From Mobula hypostoma (lineage: Eukaryota), in contig NC_086109.1 in assembly GCF_963921235.1 (NCBI RefSeq), positions 14,448,001 through 14,512,000 of the forward strand: a DNA stretch of 64,000 nucleotides, in the 5' to 3' direction. Of this stretch, positions 38,868 through 52,179 are shown one piece after another. A model generated the notes under the pieces. That model made no database searches. It had not been told where the DNA came from and saw only the letters and a list, made by a program, of their open reading frames with translations. Numbering within the stretch: position 1 is the stretch's first letter; the number at the start of each line of letters is the position of its first letter. A program made the translations under genes and the position numbers.

Positions 38868-39364
38868 CGCACACACATGAATATATTTTTTATTGTAATT
38901 TATTGCATATTTTATGTATTGTACTGTACTGCTGTCACTTAACAGCACATTTTAGAACTTACATATGTCAGTGATAACAAACCTGATTCTGATTCTACAA
39001 TACATTGGTGAGGCTACATTTGGAAGATTGTGTTCAGTTTTGCTTACCCTGCTCGGGGAAGAATGCCATTAAGCTGGAAAGAGTGCAGAGGAGAGTTACT
39101 AGGATATTGTGGGGACTCAGTGGACTGGGTTACAGAGACCGGTTGAGTAGGATGGGACTTTAAATACTGGAGTGTAAGAAGATGAGGGATGCTCTTTTAG
39201 ACATGTATAAAATCATGAGGGGCATAGGCAGGTGAATGCATACCCACTTTTCCCCATGGTTAAGGAATCAAGTCGGGAGCATAGGTATAAAGTGAGAGTA
39301 AAGAAATTTTATAGGAACCTAGGGGAAACCCTCAGGGCCAATTGTGGACAACTAGAAGATAGAA

Positions 39365-39540
39365 GAGAGTGCAGATGCTGGAATATAGAGCAACATAAAA
39401 GGCCCCGGAGGAACTCAGTGCGACAAGTAGCATCTATGGAGGGAAATGGATTGTCGTTGCTTTTGGTCAAGACCCAAAATGGCACCTGTCCAATTCCCTC
39501 CACAGATGCTGCCTGACGCACTGAGTTCCTCCTGTGCTTT
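39365..39540. mobile_element. PLE-derived hairpin element inserted in a CR1 fragment
   Basis: ggaggaactcagtg...gcatctatggagggaa / ttccctccacagatgc...cactgagttcctcc. Confidence 0.7.
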
Positions 39541-39883
39541 GTTCATTGCAGTCCAATGGGACTATCTTAGATGGGTGTCTTGGTCAGTACGGACGTTGGG
39601 CCAAGAGGCCTGTTTCCATGCTCTATGACTCTATGAATGCAACAATTACAAAGGTTACTGATCTGTCTGAGAATTTAAAAAATGTAAATATTGATAAAGT
39701 CGAAGAACAACTCTCAGCAAATCATTCAGGCCCGAGTAACATGTTAAGTCAGCCTGACCTGGTGTAAAACCATATGTTTCATCAGAGTGAACCAATGAGG
39801 ACCTGGCGTGTTTGTACAGGGCCTTAAGGATTCAGGTCGAGGGGCCAAGTTGTGTTCCAGGTGGTGGCTTCTCTATTAGGGAA

Positions 39884-41410
39884 AAGACCATAAGACAAAG
39901 GAGCAGAAGTCAGCCATTCGGCCCATTGAATCTGCTCCACCAATTTATCCTGAGCTGATCCATTCTCCCATTTAGTCCCACTCCCCCGCCTTCTCACCAT
40001 AATCTTTGCCCTGGCTGCTCAAATACCTATCAATCTCTGACTTAAATACACCCAATGACTTAGACTCCACTGCTGCCCATGGCAACAAATTCCATAGATT
40101 CACCACCCTCTGACTAAAAAAATTTCTTCACATCTCTGTTCTGAAAGGGCGCCCTTCAATCCTTAAGTCATGCCCTCTCGTACTAGACTCCCCCACCATG
40201 GGAAACAATTTTGCCACATCCACTCTGTCCATGCCTTTCAACATTCAAAATGTTTCTATGACGTCCCCCCTCATTCTTCTAAACTCCAAGGAATACAGTC
40301 CAAGAGCGGACAAACGTTCCTCATATGTTAACCCTCTCATTCCCGGAATCATTCTAGTGAATCTTTTCTGAACCCTCTCCAATGTCAGCACATCCTTTCT
40401 TAAATAAGGAGCCCAAAACTGCCCACAGTACTCCAAGTGAGGTCTTACCAGTGCCTTATAGAGCCTCAACATCACATCCCTGCTCCTACACTCTATTCCT
40501 CTAGAAATGAATGCCAACATTGCATTCGCCTTCTTCACCACCGACTCAACCTGGAGGTTAACCTTAAGGGTATCCTGCACGAGGACTCCCAAGTCACATT
40601 GCATCTCAGAACTTTGAATTCTCTCCCCATTTAAATAATAGTCTGCCCATTTATTTCTTTTGCCAAATTGCATAACCATACACTTTCCAACATTGTATTT
40701 CATTTGCCACTTCTTTGCCCATTCTCCCAATCTATCCAAGTCTCTCTGCAGACTTTCTGTTTCCTCAGCACTACTGGCCCCTCCACCTATCTGTGTATCA
40801 TCAGCAAACTTAGCCACAAGGCCATCTATTCCATAATCCAAATCGTTAATGTACAACGTAAAAAGAAGCAGCCCCAACACAGACCCCTGTGGAACATCAC
40901 TGGTAACCAGCAGCCAACCAGAATAGGATCCCTTTATTCCCACTCTCTGTTTCCTGCCAATCAGCCAACACTCTATCCACGTATGTAACTTTCCTGTAAT
41001 TCCATGGGCTCTTATCTTGTTAAGCAGCCTCATGTGTGGCACCTTGTCAAAAGCCTTCTGAAAATCCAAATATACAATATCCACTGCATCTCCCTTGTCT
41101 AGCCTACTTGTAATTTCCTCAAAAAATTGCAATAGGTTTGTCAGACAGGATTTTCCTTTAAGGAAACCATGCTGAGTTTTGTCTATCTTGTCATATGCCT
41201 CCAGGTACTCTAACCTCATCCTTGACAATCGACTCCAACAACTTCCCAACCACCGATGTCAAGCTAACAGGTCTACAACTTCTTTGCCCCCTTCTTAAAT
41301 AGCGGAGTGACATTTTCAATCTTCCAGTCCTCCGGAACCATGCCAGAATCTATTGACTTTTGAAAGATCATTGCTAATGCCTCCACAACCTCCACAGCTA
41401 CTTCCTTCAA
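39884..41410 (-). mobile_element. CR1-clade LINE, 5'-truncated, with well-preserved reverse transcriptase
   Basis: ORF 40245..41249: QHGFLKGKSCLTNL, YLDFQKAFDKVPH, VPQGSVLG, KFADDT, LYKALVRPHLEYC; 3' end tcttatggtc-type tail. Confidence 0.95.
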
Positions 41411-42059
41411 AAGGAAGGATAGAAAAGGAGATAGATGACAAGAAAGCGTGTCAGGGTCTCAGAATACAAATGGACCATTAGTATTGAGCAGAGAAGAAAG
41501 TTCTTCCATTAGAGGCTTGAGAACCCTTGGGATTTGCTAAAGAGCTGTGGATGGGATTCATTGAAATCAGTTCAGATTTTGGGTTTAGACAGGAAAGTAG
41601 TCTCGAGGTCATGGTCTCCTTGATTACTGGAGTAGTTTTTTTAAAAATTAAGACAATATTATTGTTTATCCTCTGGCCCCCATTCCACCCCCAAAATTCT
41701 CTCATCTCCTGAAGTCACTAGACCCCAGTAGATCTTCTGCCGTTCGCCAGTTGCGGGTTGCTGGAAGGTACCCTTTACACCAAAGGGCTGCTCTCTAAAT
41801 ACGAAACTAAGCAATAAGGGTCAGCAGGCTACTCACCTACAGGACCTGATATCCACTCACTTTTCTGGATAAGCAGGACTCAATTAGTTTTTATTGGCCT
41901 GAAGTGGCAGATTTCCAAATGGAAGAATTATAAACAAATGTTTCAAAGATGGTGGAATTAAAGGTTATGAGGAACCTCCGTCTAGCTACACAGTTGAAAA
42001 TTTTAGAGGAGGAGCAAACAGAAATTGCCCCATTTCAAACTATTTCATTCCTCATGTCC

Positions 42060-42320
42060 TCATCAGCTTCTTCTCAAGCCCATTACCATTACTGGGGACA
42101 GGCCACAGACAGCAGCTCACCAGAGTCCTCTGTCCCAGGCCAGTCTTTCAAGTGGTCCTCAAGTATGGCCCATCCTCTTGGCGTATCCTTCATCTCCCAG
42201 GGATGAGGGCTTTCGAACTTCTGTTGGTGTTTCTGTAACTCAGTGTTTTTTATAGGATGAGCCTCATGCTCAGCTCTCCTCCTTTTTCAGCTGGGTTTGG
42301 GACCGTCCATGCCAAAGTTT
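42060..42320 (-). mobile_element. Non-autonomous RTE-derived element with twister-like 5' end
   Basis: 5' end reads AAACTTTGGCATGGACGGTCCCAAACCCAGCTGAAAAAGGAGGAGAG; 3' end reads tggtgagctgctgtctgtggcctgtccccagtaatggtaatgggcttgag, RTE-like. Confidence 0.65.
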
Positions 42321-42490
42321 GCTCTCATCATTCCTTGACATTTACCTGCATAAGGTCTCTCCTCCTGATGGACGATAGTAAGTACAGAACTGAAATCCTA
42401 TAGATCCATTTATCCCTGAAAAGGACTTTGGATTCCAGCAAAATAGAAATAATCCTTTAAACAAACACATAATTAATTGGTAAAACTTAC

Positions 42491-42556
42491 ATCTATCTCC
42501 ACCTCGTCAACCTTGTAATGGTGCAGAGCGTCCTGGTATCTGTCCTGATATGGAAC
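42491..42556 (-). CDS. PLEKHA6: PLEKHA6 exon VPYQDRYQDALHHYKVDEVEID
   Basis: tgtttgcag|GTT...GAT|gtaagt; 66 nt, phase 0-0. Confidence 0.9.
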
Positions 42557-45500
42557 CTGCAAACATCAGTAACCATTAAGGGCTTTGACCTTGCTATGAG
42601 GGACATAGCATCAAGACCATCATTGCAGCATCACCGAGTCAATTTATTGTATCTGTCTCTGATTTGTTTTCTTTGCTGATCATTGAGATAGCTCAGCCTT
42701 TGCTCTTTACTCTGACTGCTGGACTTAACATCACATTTCACAGTCTAATGGGAGCATCATGCAGCAAAGGTCCGGGTGAGACCAGGATAAAAATAACGTG
42801 TGAGCCTGTTTCACCCTCTTGTGCCTGACACTGATCCAGGGAGCCGAGAAAAGAAGTTCTCTTCATGTTCAGAGCACAGTATTCAATTATATATTTAAAA
42901 AACAGACAAGTAAAAACCTTTGGAATAAAACATCTCCAGGACAGAGCTGGTGTGGAAAGGAATCCAGAAGGATTTAATCATGTCATTGTTTTTTTTTTTA
43001 AAAATAGCACAGAATACTGGGGAAAGTGTAAAGTAAGTTTCCAGGAAAGGTCACAGTAAAAATCCCAGATATGGTCTGTTAGGTTGGACATCTCTTGATA
43101 GTTGAGGTCAGACCACCCTCCTCTGGTGCAGTTTTGCCACACCAGTCACTGGATCTTCAATATTTCAATGCTAGCTGCTCTTCATCCACTGTCTGCTCTT
43201 CATCTCCAGTCCGCTCTGTGCCCACGGTCTGTTCTGTACCTGGGCTACCTCAGCCATCCCTTCCTCTGCTGGTGCTCTTTACCTTATATCCCAGACTCTG
43301 GAACCCTTTCCCAAGACCCTTCTTGCTGGCAGCTCCCAAACTGACTTCAGTATCTGTCATTGTTAACCACATTTTCTGCTGTTTCCTTCCATTATTGTTT
43401 CACAATATTTAAAATTATTCCCACTCGTTTTTCCATCTGCTGTGTAAAGGTCTTTGGGTTATTTCTCTGCCTGTAAGAGATACAATATAGGGAACTATTC
43501 CCTTACAGTGGTAACATAGCCCAATTAGCAGTCCATGAATAACTTATCCCAGAGTCAGTTCAAGACAATGACACCACCAGTGCCTTATACATTGAAATGA
43601 TATGATTTTTTTCTCTCCATTACTATAGGCTCAAACCCAACCATGAGTTCTTACCCTACAACAATCAGGTTCCTGAACCAGCATGGATAACTTCACTCCC
43701 CACAACTCTGAACTGATTCTGCAATCTACAGACTCACTTTCAAAGATCCACAACTCATGTTATCAGTATTATTTATCTTCTATTTGCACAATTTGTCTTA
43801 TTTGTACATTGATTGTTTGTCAGCCTTTGTTTATGTGTGGTTTTTCATAAATTGTATCGTATTTCTTTATTTTCTTGTAAATGCCTGCATGAAAATGAAC
43901 CTCAGTGTAGTATCTTTGTTAAGGAAGAGCCTAAAGTCAAAACAAAATTTATCACCAAATATGTATAGCATATGTAAATTGGTGATAAATTTTACTTCGA
44001 CTGTGAGCTCTTCCTTAATAAACTCACTCATGAATTGATCCAAATTAGTTAGCCAATATATTAAAAACCAATAATGCACTGGGCAGTCTGCCATCTTGGT
44101 GTCCTGAACAACTTCTTTAGTTATACTCTCATTACAGTTTTTATACCAAAGGCCTTACTTCAAAAGACCATGAACTAATTACTAATTCACCAGCACTACA
44201 TGAATCCCAATGAAGCAGAATCGTCTGATCTATTGGCATCGCTTAAATCCTAATTAACCAGATCCACAGTCCTTCACCTTTGTTGCAATGAATTCCAAAA
44301 GACCATCTCCTTTGAATCACACCAATTGAAACTTTTCAAAATCCCAGAAGGCACAATGGTTTTTCATCCCCTCCTAGAGCTAGAACCACAATAGTCCAAA
44401 TGAGTAAACTTCTTCTCATTTTTTAGTTCGAAACTGTCCTGCTGTTACTGAACAGATCACCTTATGCATGTTGCACATTTGTACAATACAGGTCTTTGTT
44501 CAGAGCTCCGTGGTACTTTTCCTTAGATGGGCTGCCAAGTGAACAAGCAAGTAGGCTGTGAACTGAAAATGTCAATTAACCCTAGTTTGTCTTGAGAAAG
44601 TCAGAAAGCTTTTATCAAAATTAACCTCTTTGAACATACTCTAAACAGTCATATCTATCAAAATGCGTGCTTTGTGTAATAACCCAAGCTTCAAAAAAAT
44701 TAAACCTACTGAACTTTGCTTAACCCCACTGTCTCTAGAGGCATGAAGTCTTCCATCAATCTACACTCATTCCTAGAGACTGGGTACTAATTAAACGTAT
44801 AGTAGGTTTAGCAAAGGTGAAGTTGATGCCAGATATTGCCACTCTAAATATGCTTATTTAAAATAATCACTGTGGCCCAGCCAGTAGGGTCTCTGCCTCG
44901 GAGCGCTAGTGATGATGGGTTCAATCCTGTCCTTGGACATTGACTGCACAAGTTTGCATGTTCTCCATGTGACCAGGGGTACCTATGCTAACAATGGCAC
45001 ATTTTACACTGCTTGGTGGAATCATGCCATTTTGTGTGCAAAGCGAAAAGGAAAACATATATTTAATAATTGGATGATTAAAATGTGTTTGACTGACGAG
45101 TGACTGCATATTTCCTGGTCACATAGGGGCAGAAAATGAGTAACTAAGGAACACAAATTTAAGACAACTAGCAAAAGAATCCAATAGGAAACATGGAATT
45201 TTTCCTTTTTTCAGCAGAGAACTGGAAAAAAATGTAGTGGAGCCAGTTTCAATGGTGGCTCTTAAAAACAAAAAGTTATATTTAGAAAGGAAAGTTTTGC
45301 GATGGGAATAGAGATGCAATGGTAATTAGATCATTCAAAGTCTCAGTGCCTGGCTGACTTCCTTCTGTTCTGTGTCATTCCAAAATACTTTTCAGAAATA
45401 CAATAAGCTGTCACATAATGCGTATCATCCTTCTGGTTATCATTGTTTGAAAACTGAATGAAGATTCTTACATAACGTTGTTCTCCAGCAATATTGAGAC

Positions 45501-46231
45501 TAATTACATATAATCTAAATTGCTCCAGTTCACTATTTAGCTTTACAATGCCCTAATTTTCTCTTTGTTCCAACCATAGATGCTGAATATTGGTAGGTGA
45601 ATGCAACGTAATGCTGATTTATGCACGCTCTGTTCAAAACCCTTTTATGAACTGGATTAGTGGGAAAGGCTTTACATTTGTGAATTTACGTAGAAGTAGC
45701 TGATTAAGATCACTGCCAAAATGAACTGGAATTGGAATTGCTTTATTCTTGTCACATGTACCAAGATACAGTGAAAAGCTTGAACTGCACACACTTCATA
45801 CAGACCCATTCATTACAACAGTGCATTGAGGTAAAACAAGGCAAAATAATAACAATGCAGAATAAAGTGTGACAGCTACAGAGACAGTGCAGAGCAGGTA
45901 GATAATAAGATGCAAGATGGATAAAATATCTATCCAAGGTAGATAGTGAGGTCAAGAGTCTAATTTATCATACTGCAGAACCATTTAATAGTCTTATAAA
46001 AGCGGGATACCATCTTTCCTTGAGTCTGGTGGTATGTGCTTTCAGGCTTTTGTATCTTCCGCTCAAATGAAGAGAGGACAAGACGTAATGTCAAAGGTGC
46101 GTGGGGTCTTTGATTATGAATGGGGAAACACTGAAAAACAGCAGCACCGGACGAGTTGCAATGCTGTCATCAAGTTAATTTCAAAACTAGAGGACAGTCA
46201 AACTTACAGCAGCAACTCCACTTTACACTCT

Positions 46232-46685
46232 CCCTCTCTCTCTCTCTGGCTATCCATCCCATAGGATGATGATGGTTCCTTTCAGACAGTTAGTGGGGTT
46301 TGGAATACTCCACTCCTCAAAAAAGAACAGCGTGTGCGTGAGTGGATTTAGGTGAGTAGGGGGTTGCACAGGTCCAGACCCAGCCTCTCGATATCCCCTC
46401 CCGGATCCAGCGGCATGGTGGGGTCCAAGACAGCTGGGGGAAGTTCTGTTGCAGTGAATGGCCAGACCAAGCTTCGATGCAAGGGATGCCCTTTCCGTGC
46501 TTCATGGCACATGTTTGTTAGATGGCCGTTGACCCTACGAGAGGGTTCATCCGCCCTTTGACAGGTCTTGTTTTTCGTCCTGCACGGGCAAGCCTGGTGG
46601 GGGAGCCGGTTTAGTCGCCGACCACCCGACCATGTGACAGGCAGTACTGGGTTACATGGTACCAGTAGCACTCAGGCGAGTGACC
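46232..46685 (-). mobile_element. GC-rich non-autonomous RTE-like element with (GA)n tail
   Basis: CpG-rich block with sharp edges; 3' end accatcatcatcctatgggatggatagcc(ag)n; structured 5' end. Confidence 0.6.
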
Positions 46686-47179
46686 TACCATGGCAACACA
46701 CACCATAGTATCCTGCAAAGTCCACATTTAAATGCACTGCAGGTTTTGAATTCACGTAAGATTCTGATACAAATCTTTGTTTCGTATGTGACGCTGACTG
46801 CAGGTTATGGCAATGAATGCTGGAACCAACCACAGAGAACTTCCTGCTGCCTCGGTAAAGCCGCCAATATAATCAAGCATCCTTCCCACCCTGTTTTCTT
46901 CCATCTTCCATCAGACAGAAGATATAAAGGCTTGTGAACAGGTTTCTATCCCACAATAATAAGACACTTGAATGACCCTCTTATACAATAAAATTGAACT
47001 CTTGATCACTCAATCCACCTCACCATGAATCTTGCACTTTATTTACCTGCAATGCACTTTCTCTGTAACACTACATCTGAATTACCTTTTCCCCCTTTTG
47101 TACCCCTTCAGTATACTTGCTTATGGAATGATCTGTCTGGATGGAATGCAAACAAAAGCTTTTCACTGTATCTCAGCTA

Positions 47180-47890
47180 AGGTACTGGTGATCCCTGTTT
47201 CCATCCAGGGGGTTAGTGTGGACATGGTGGAGGATTACAAATACCTGGGGATATGAATTGACAATAAACTGGACTGGTCAAAGAACACTGAGGCCGTCTA
47301 CAAGAAGGGTCAGAGCCGTCTCTATTTCCTGAGGAGACTGAGGTCCTTTAACATCTGCCGGACGATGCTGAGGATGTTCTACGAGTCTGTGGTGGCCAGT
47401 GCTATCATGTTTGCTGTTGTGTGCTGGGGCAGCAGGCTGAGGGTAGCAGACATCAACAGAATCAACAAACTTATTCGAAAGGCCAGTGATGTTGTGGGGA
47501 TGGAACTGGACTCTCTCACGGTGGTGTCTGAAAAGAGGATGCTGTCTAAGTTGCATGCCTTCTTGGACAATGTCTTCCATCCACTACATAATGTACTGGG
47601 TGGGCACAGGAGTACATTGACCCAGAGACTCATTCCACCGAGATGCAACACAGAGCGTCATAGGAAGTCATTCCTGCCTGTGGCCATCAAACCTTACAAC
47701 TCCTCCCTTGGAGGGTCAGACACCCTGTGCCGATAGGCTGGTCCTGGACTTATTTCATAACTGACTGGCATAATTTACATATTACTATTTAACTATTTAT
47801 GGTTCTATTACTATTTATTATTTATGGTGCAACTGTAATGAAAACCAATTTCCCCCTGGGATCAATAAAGTATGACTATGACTATGACTA
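47180..47890 (+). mobile_element. Rex1/Babar-type LINE 3' end with (ATGACT)n tail, relatively young
   Basis: VDMVEDYKYLGI...KKGQSRLYFLRRLRSFN...FYESVVASAIMFAVVCWG...RCNTERHRKSFLPVAI; aataaa followed by ATGACT repeats. Confidence 0.85.
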
Positions 47891-48033
47891 CACGTGACAA
47901 TAGTAAACCAATTCCTAAATTTAATAGCCCGAGTTCACCCATTATAGATCAAAGTCAATATTTCTTTCACTTGTTCTATTCCCATGCCTTGCTGATAAAA
48001 TGGAAATAAACTCTGATAAAAATGGATAGAGAG

Positions 48034-48290
48034 GGAAGCACAGTAGCGCAGTGGTTAGCACAACGCTTTACAGGACAGGCGACCGTGGTTCAATTCCCAC
48101 CGCTGCCTGTAAAGAGCTTGTACGTTCTCCCCGTGACCGCGTGGGTTTCCTCCCACAGTCCAAAGACATACTGGTTGATAAGTTAATTAATCATTGTAAA
48201 TCGTCTCTTGATTAGGCTACGATTAAATTGGGGGTTTGCTAGGCGACATGGCTCAAAGGCCTACTCTGTGTTGTATCGCAATAAAAAATT
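48034..48290 (+). mobile_element. tRNA-derived V-SINE-type element; further copies at ~2280-2500(-), ~19105-19345(+), ~20700-21010(+), ~22925-23125(-), ~56980-57275(-), ~59820-60120(+)
   Basis: A-box tagcgcagtgg, B-box ggttcaattcc, core ttgtacgttctccccgtgaccgcgtgggtttcctccc. Confidence 0.85.
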
Positions 48291-50349
48291 TAAAAATTTC
48301 CATCTGGAAGGTTAATAGGGACCGGTCTGGGTCTGTAAATTTCATTGATGGCATCGATACTTAACGGACACCAATAAAATACCACTCCCCGTAAATATGA
48401 CATTACTTTAGCCAGTTAGTACATTATACAGAATAGAATACACCATGAACACTACCTCATTATTCCCTTCTTTTCTGCACTATTTTTGGAACTTATGGCA
48501 ATTTTATATGTATTGCACTGTACCGCTATTGTAAAGCAACACATTTCACATCACAACTCAACGATAATAAATATGATTTTAACCACCAGGGTCAAACAGA
48601 TCCATACTGAAGGTGGTGCTCTGCAGTTTTCAGTTCATCAGCATAACCTTCCATTTGTCTATTCCATGTTTCTTAGCTGTCCCACAATGCAACAATTCCA
48701 GGTTCCAACCACTCTTTCCATGAAAAGGTTCATGTGAAAATTCAGCTGGATTCATTCGACATTAATTCAGATCCATCACCTAATTTTGCCTTTAGCTGTT
48801 AATTCTGATTCCTGCCCCTACCCAATAACATTTTTTTTTTGTTTCTTATCTATCAACTTTCCTTTATTGTCTTTGGGATGTCTGTTAGGTAGCCACTCAG
48901 ATTTTCCCATGGAAAACCCTAGCCTTGCAAGTTAGCCTTTCAGACTACCTTAATAGATTAGATTGGATTCCCCCAGACTCCAGGAGGTGCCCAGGAAGTA
49001 AATGCTTTAAATAGACATGGACCCAGGGCAGGGAAGAGCTCGTTTGTATAAGTTCTGGGGAAGGGTCTTGGCTCAAAACATTGACTGTTTATTCATTTCC
49101 ATAGATGCTGCCTAGCCTTCTGAGTTCCTTCAGCAGCTTGTGTGTGTGTGTGTGGGGGGCAAATGGTCTGATTGTATAATTACACAGTGTAAATCACATT
49201 ATATTGAGTAGCCTGCAGGACTTTTGGTAAAATTACTGAATATTTTTGCAATGATATTACCAGAACTTAATAGAGATCAGTGTGCTCTTTGAGCATATTA
49301 ACAGGACGTTAATGAAAACAGAACTCATTAAATGGCCATAGGAGAAGAATCAAGGTTTGCCCCAGTCCTGTAGACAGATTATTAATTGTAATTCCCATTA
49401 TTACAGCATGCTCATCCATACTTAGACTCAGCTTTATCATTAACTGTCCTTCAGAAAGGCAATCTCTATCATTAATATCAATTCTCCACAGGAAAGAAAA
49501 CTTTTTGATGTGGCTTGCTGCTTAGGAAGAGACATTCCTTTAATATTTTAAGCTTGTTTTAACATATCATTTTGCGCTATTTTGCCAACAAATAACTAAT
49601 CCCCTTTAATTGGCTTGCTTCAGTCATAATGTCTTCGAGCACATCCTGTCACATGAGCACTTACATTATGTCAGTGCACACTGTTCAAACAGAGCCCTTG
49701 ATCAAAGAAATGTTGGGTTGCTTTCTTGCCTATTCCCCAGGGAGGGAATTCACAGGGCATTACACCTCACCTCCACGACCATTACCTTACACACACCAGG
49801 ACTGCAAGGAGTTCAAAAATGTGTGGCTAGAATGAGGACTAAATGGTTCATATTCTCCCTCAGTAGCAGAGTCATAACTAAGCCAATACTCCTCCCACTT
49901 CTGAATACTGTATAATATTGTTTCTAACTACCCTGAGACTTGTATTTACAAATTCGGTTTGTTAATAATTACTCTAATCAAATGAATTCAAAGTCTCTAT
50001 ATTGAAAATTTACTGATGTGTGAAGTATACAGGTAAATTACTCCTCTGAAGAATCTCCAACCTATTCCCTGACATTTTTCCATATGATCTGTTTCTGCAC
50101 GATTGCATAGTTATAATGATCGATGTTATGAGATGTGATTATTTAACTGTATTAATAGGTGAACAATTTCACTTAAATTGTATTTAAATTATTGCCGTTA
50201 TGCGCTGAATCACTTCAAATTTTGAACAATAGGTAACCCTGGCTTCTAATGGACTTGCCATCCCTACCCAAGAGTTTGACTGGACTCACAACCTTGTCAC
50301 TTCGCCTTTGACCAATGATACAAGTACCGTTTTGCACATTGAATCCCAC

Positions 50350-50403
50350 CTGCTGATCCAAAAAATCTAGTTTCCTTTGCAACTGAAGGTCTAGAATTTC
50401 ATC
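50350..50403 (-). CDS. PLEKHA6: PLEKHA6 cassette-type exon DEILDLQLQRKLDFLDQQ
   Basis: gtgacag|GAT...CAG|gtggga; 54 nt, phase 0-0; close to recalled DELLDLQLQRNLEYLDQQ. Confidence 0.88.
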
Positions 50404-50756
50404 CTGTCACATCATGTTGAGAAAGGAGTCGAAGTTACAGAATGTAGAAAACAGAAGGAAACAAAGAGTTACTGAGCAGAAAGAAATGATTTGAAGAAAC
50501 TACCTACAAGCAGTATTTCTTCAGATAGAATAAATAAGCCAAATCAACACACCTAACAAGCCTTCCTGTAAGTATTCCAAAGACCAATCACACTTTTTCT
50601 GGTAAACGATCACTGCAATCAATAGCCTGTAACTTCTCTTTTGGAGTTGAGCTTTTGAACCACCAGTACTATCAGGCATTTTTGCGGTGTGAACTGAAGT
50701 CTCGAAGGTGCAGGATGAACTGTGGCGTGGCATGTACTTGCCAATTCAAAGTGGTG

Positions 50757-50798
50757 GGGCCCAGGCCCAAGCCCAGGCCCAAGCCCAAGCCCAAGCCC
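50757..50798. repeat. (GCCCA[A/G])n hexamer expansion inside a dispersed repeat
   Basis: ggcccaggcccaagcccaggcccaagcccaagcccaagccc; the sister copy at ~6835 has only about two units. Confidence 0.85.
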
Positions 50799-52179
50799 GT
50801 GAGCGAGGAATGACCCAAAGTTTGGACAATTAAAACGCTGGGCCACTTGAAAAGATCAGGGTGTTGGGGCTGGAGGCGTGGGACGGGTCACTTCAGCTTG
50901 CTGCTCCATGAGGCTTACGTGCCTCTGCGCTGAACTGACCGGCTCCCGAATCGGCTGTGACTGGCTTCACGGCTGTGGCTTCACTTTCGTGAACACCAGT
51001 TCTGAACGTTATTTGCTTACTGCTATTGTTTGCATGATTTGTTTTTGTTCTCTGCACATTGGGTGTTTGATGGTCTTCTTTTCTAATGAGTTCTACTGCG
51101 TTACTTTGTTTTGTGGCTGCCTGTAAGGAGATGAATCTCAAGGTTTATAGTATACATACTTTGACAATAAATGTACTTTGCACTTTGATAGTACTGTGCA
51201 GTCTGTGCTAAATTGGAATGCAATATTGAAACTAGATATGAATGCTCCTGGAAGGTAACTCATTAGTGGGAATATAAAATGGAATCTGGTGCAGAAAAAC
51301 CATCACACTATAAGATAAAGGCGAAGAATTAGACCATCCACCCATCAAGTGATCTCTGTTATTCAATCATGGCTTATGTTTTTTTTCTCAACTCCATTCT
51401 CCTGCCTTCTTCTGGTAACCCTTAACCGCCAAGAACCTAACAATCTCTCCCTTAAATAAAACCCAATGACCTGGCTTCCACAGCCCTCAGGGAAATCAAA
51501 TTCTACAGATTTACGTCCCTCTGTTCTAAAGGGATGCCACTTATTCTGACACTGTGCCTCTGGATTCGAGACTCAAATACTAATGGAAACATTCATTGCA
51601 TCTAGACTTTTTAGTATTCAGTAAGCTTAAATGAGATCTATGTCATCAAAGGATACAAGACATAAATCAGTTACAATTATGGACAGAGAAATGGCAGTTA
51701 TTGTTTAATCAAGGCAAGTCTGAGTTGTTGTACTTTGGGAAGTCCAATGTAAGGAGAAAGTCGACAGTTAATGGCAGGACCCTTAATAGCATTGATGTAC
51801 AGAGGGATTTTTGTGTCCAAGTCCATACCTCCCTGTAAGTGGCCGCATACATAGAGTGGTAAAGCAGGTGTGAAATAAGGCATTGCCATGTCTCTAAATT
51901 AGAAAACTAGATATAAAAGAGCTAAGGCTCGAGAATGCAAATTAACACCTTTTCTAAGGTTTGAAAACTATGAACAGAAAGTAGATTATGTAAAGATGAA
52001 GGAGAAAAAAGATATTTACTTGGTTAAATATTACAGACTGCAAAGCGGATGGATTCCATGAGATAGGGTTTAATAAACAGGCATAATTATATCATGCAAT
52101 CAATTTTGGCCTCTATAGCTGTCTATGGCAATGAATTCCACAGATTCACTACCCTGAGGGCACTGACATGCCAGAGAAC

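Noticed and set aside
42346..42415. 70-nt exon-like segment with good splice sites (ttttcag / CAG|gtaaat)
   Set aside because: Immediate in-frame TAA and no homology; it could only be a poison exon, with no supporting evidence.
48034..48110. tRNA gene
   Set aside because: The A/B boxes are SINE heads followed by SINE core and tail; no complete cloverleaf.
50553..50612. SLEYLQEG peptide resembling NLEYLDQQ
   Set aside because: Wrong phase; the real exon is 50350-50403.
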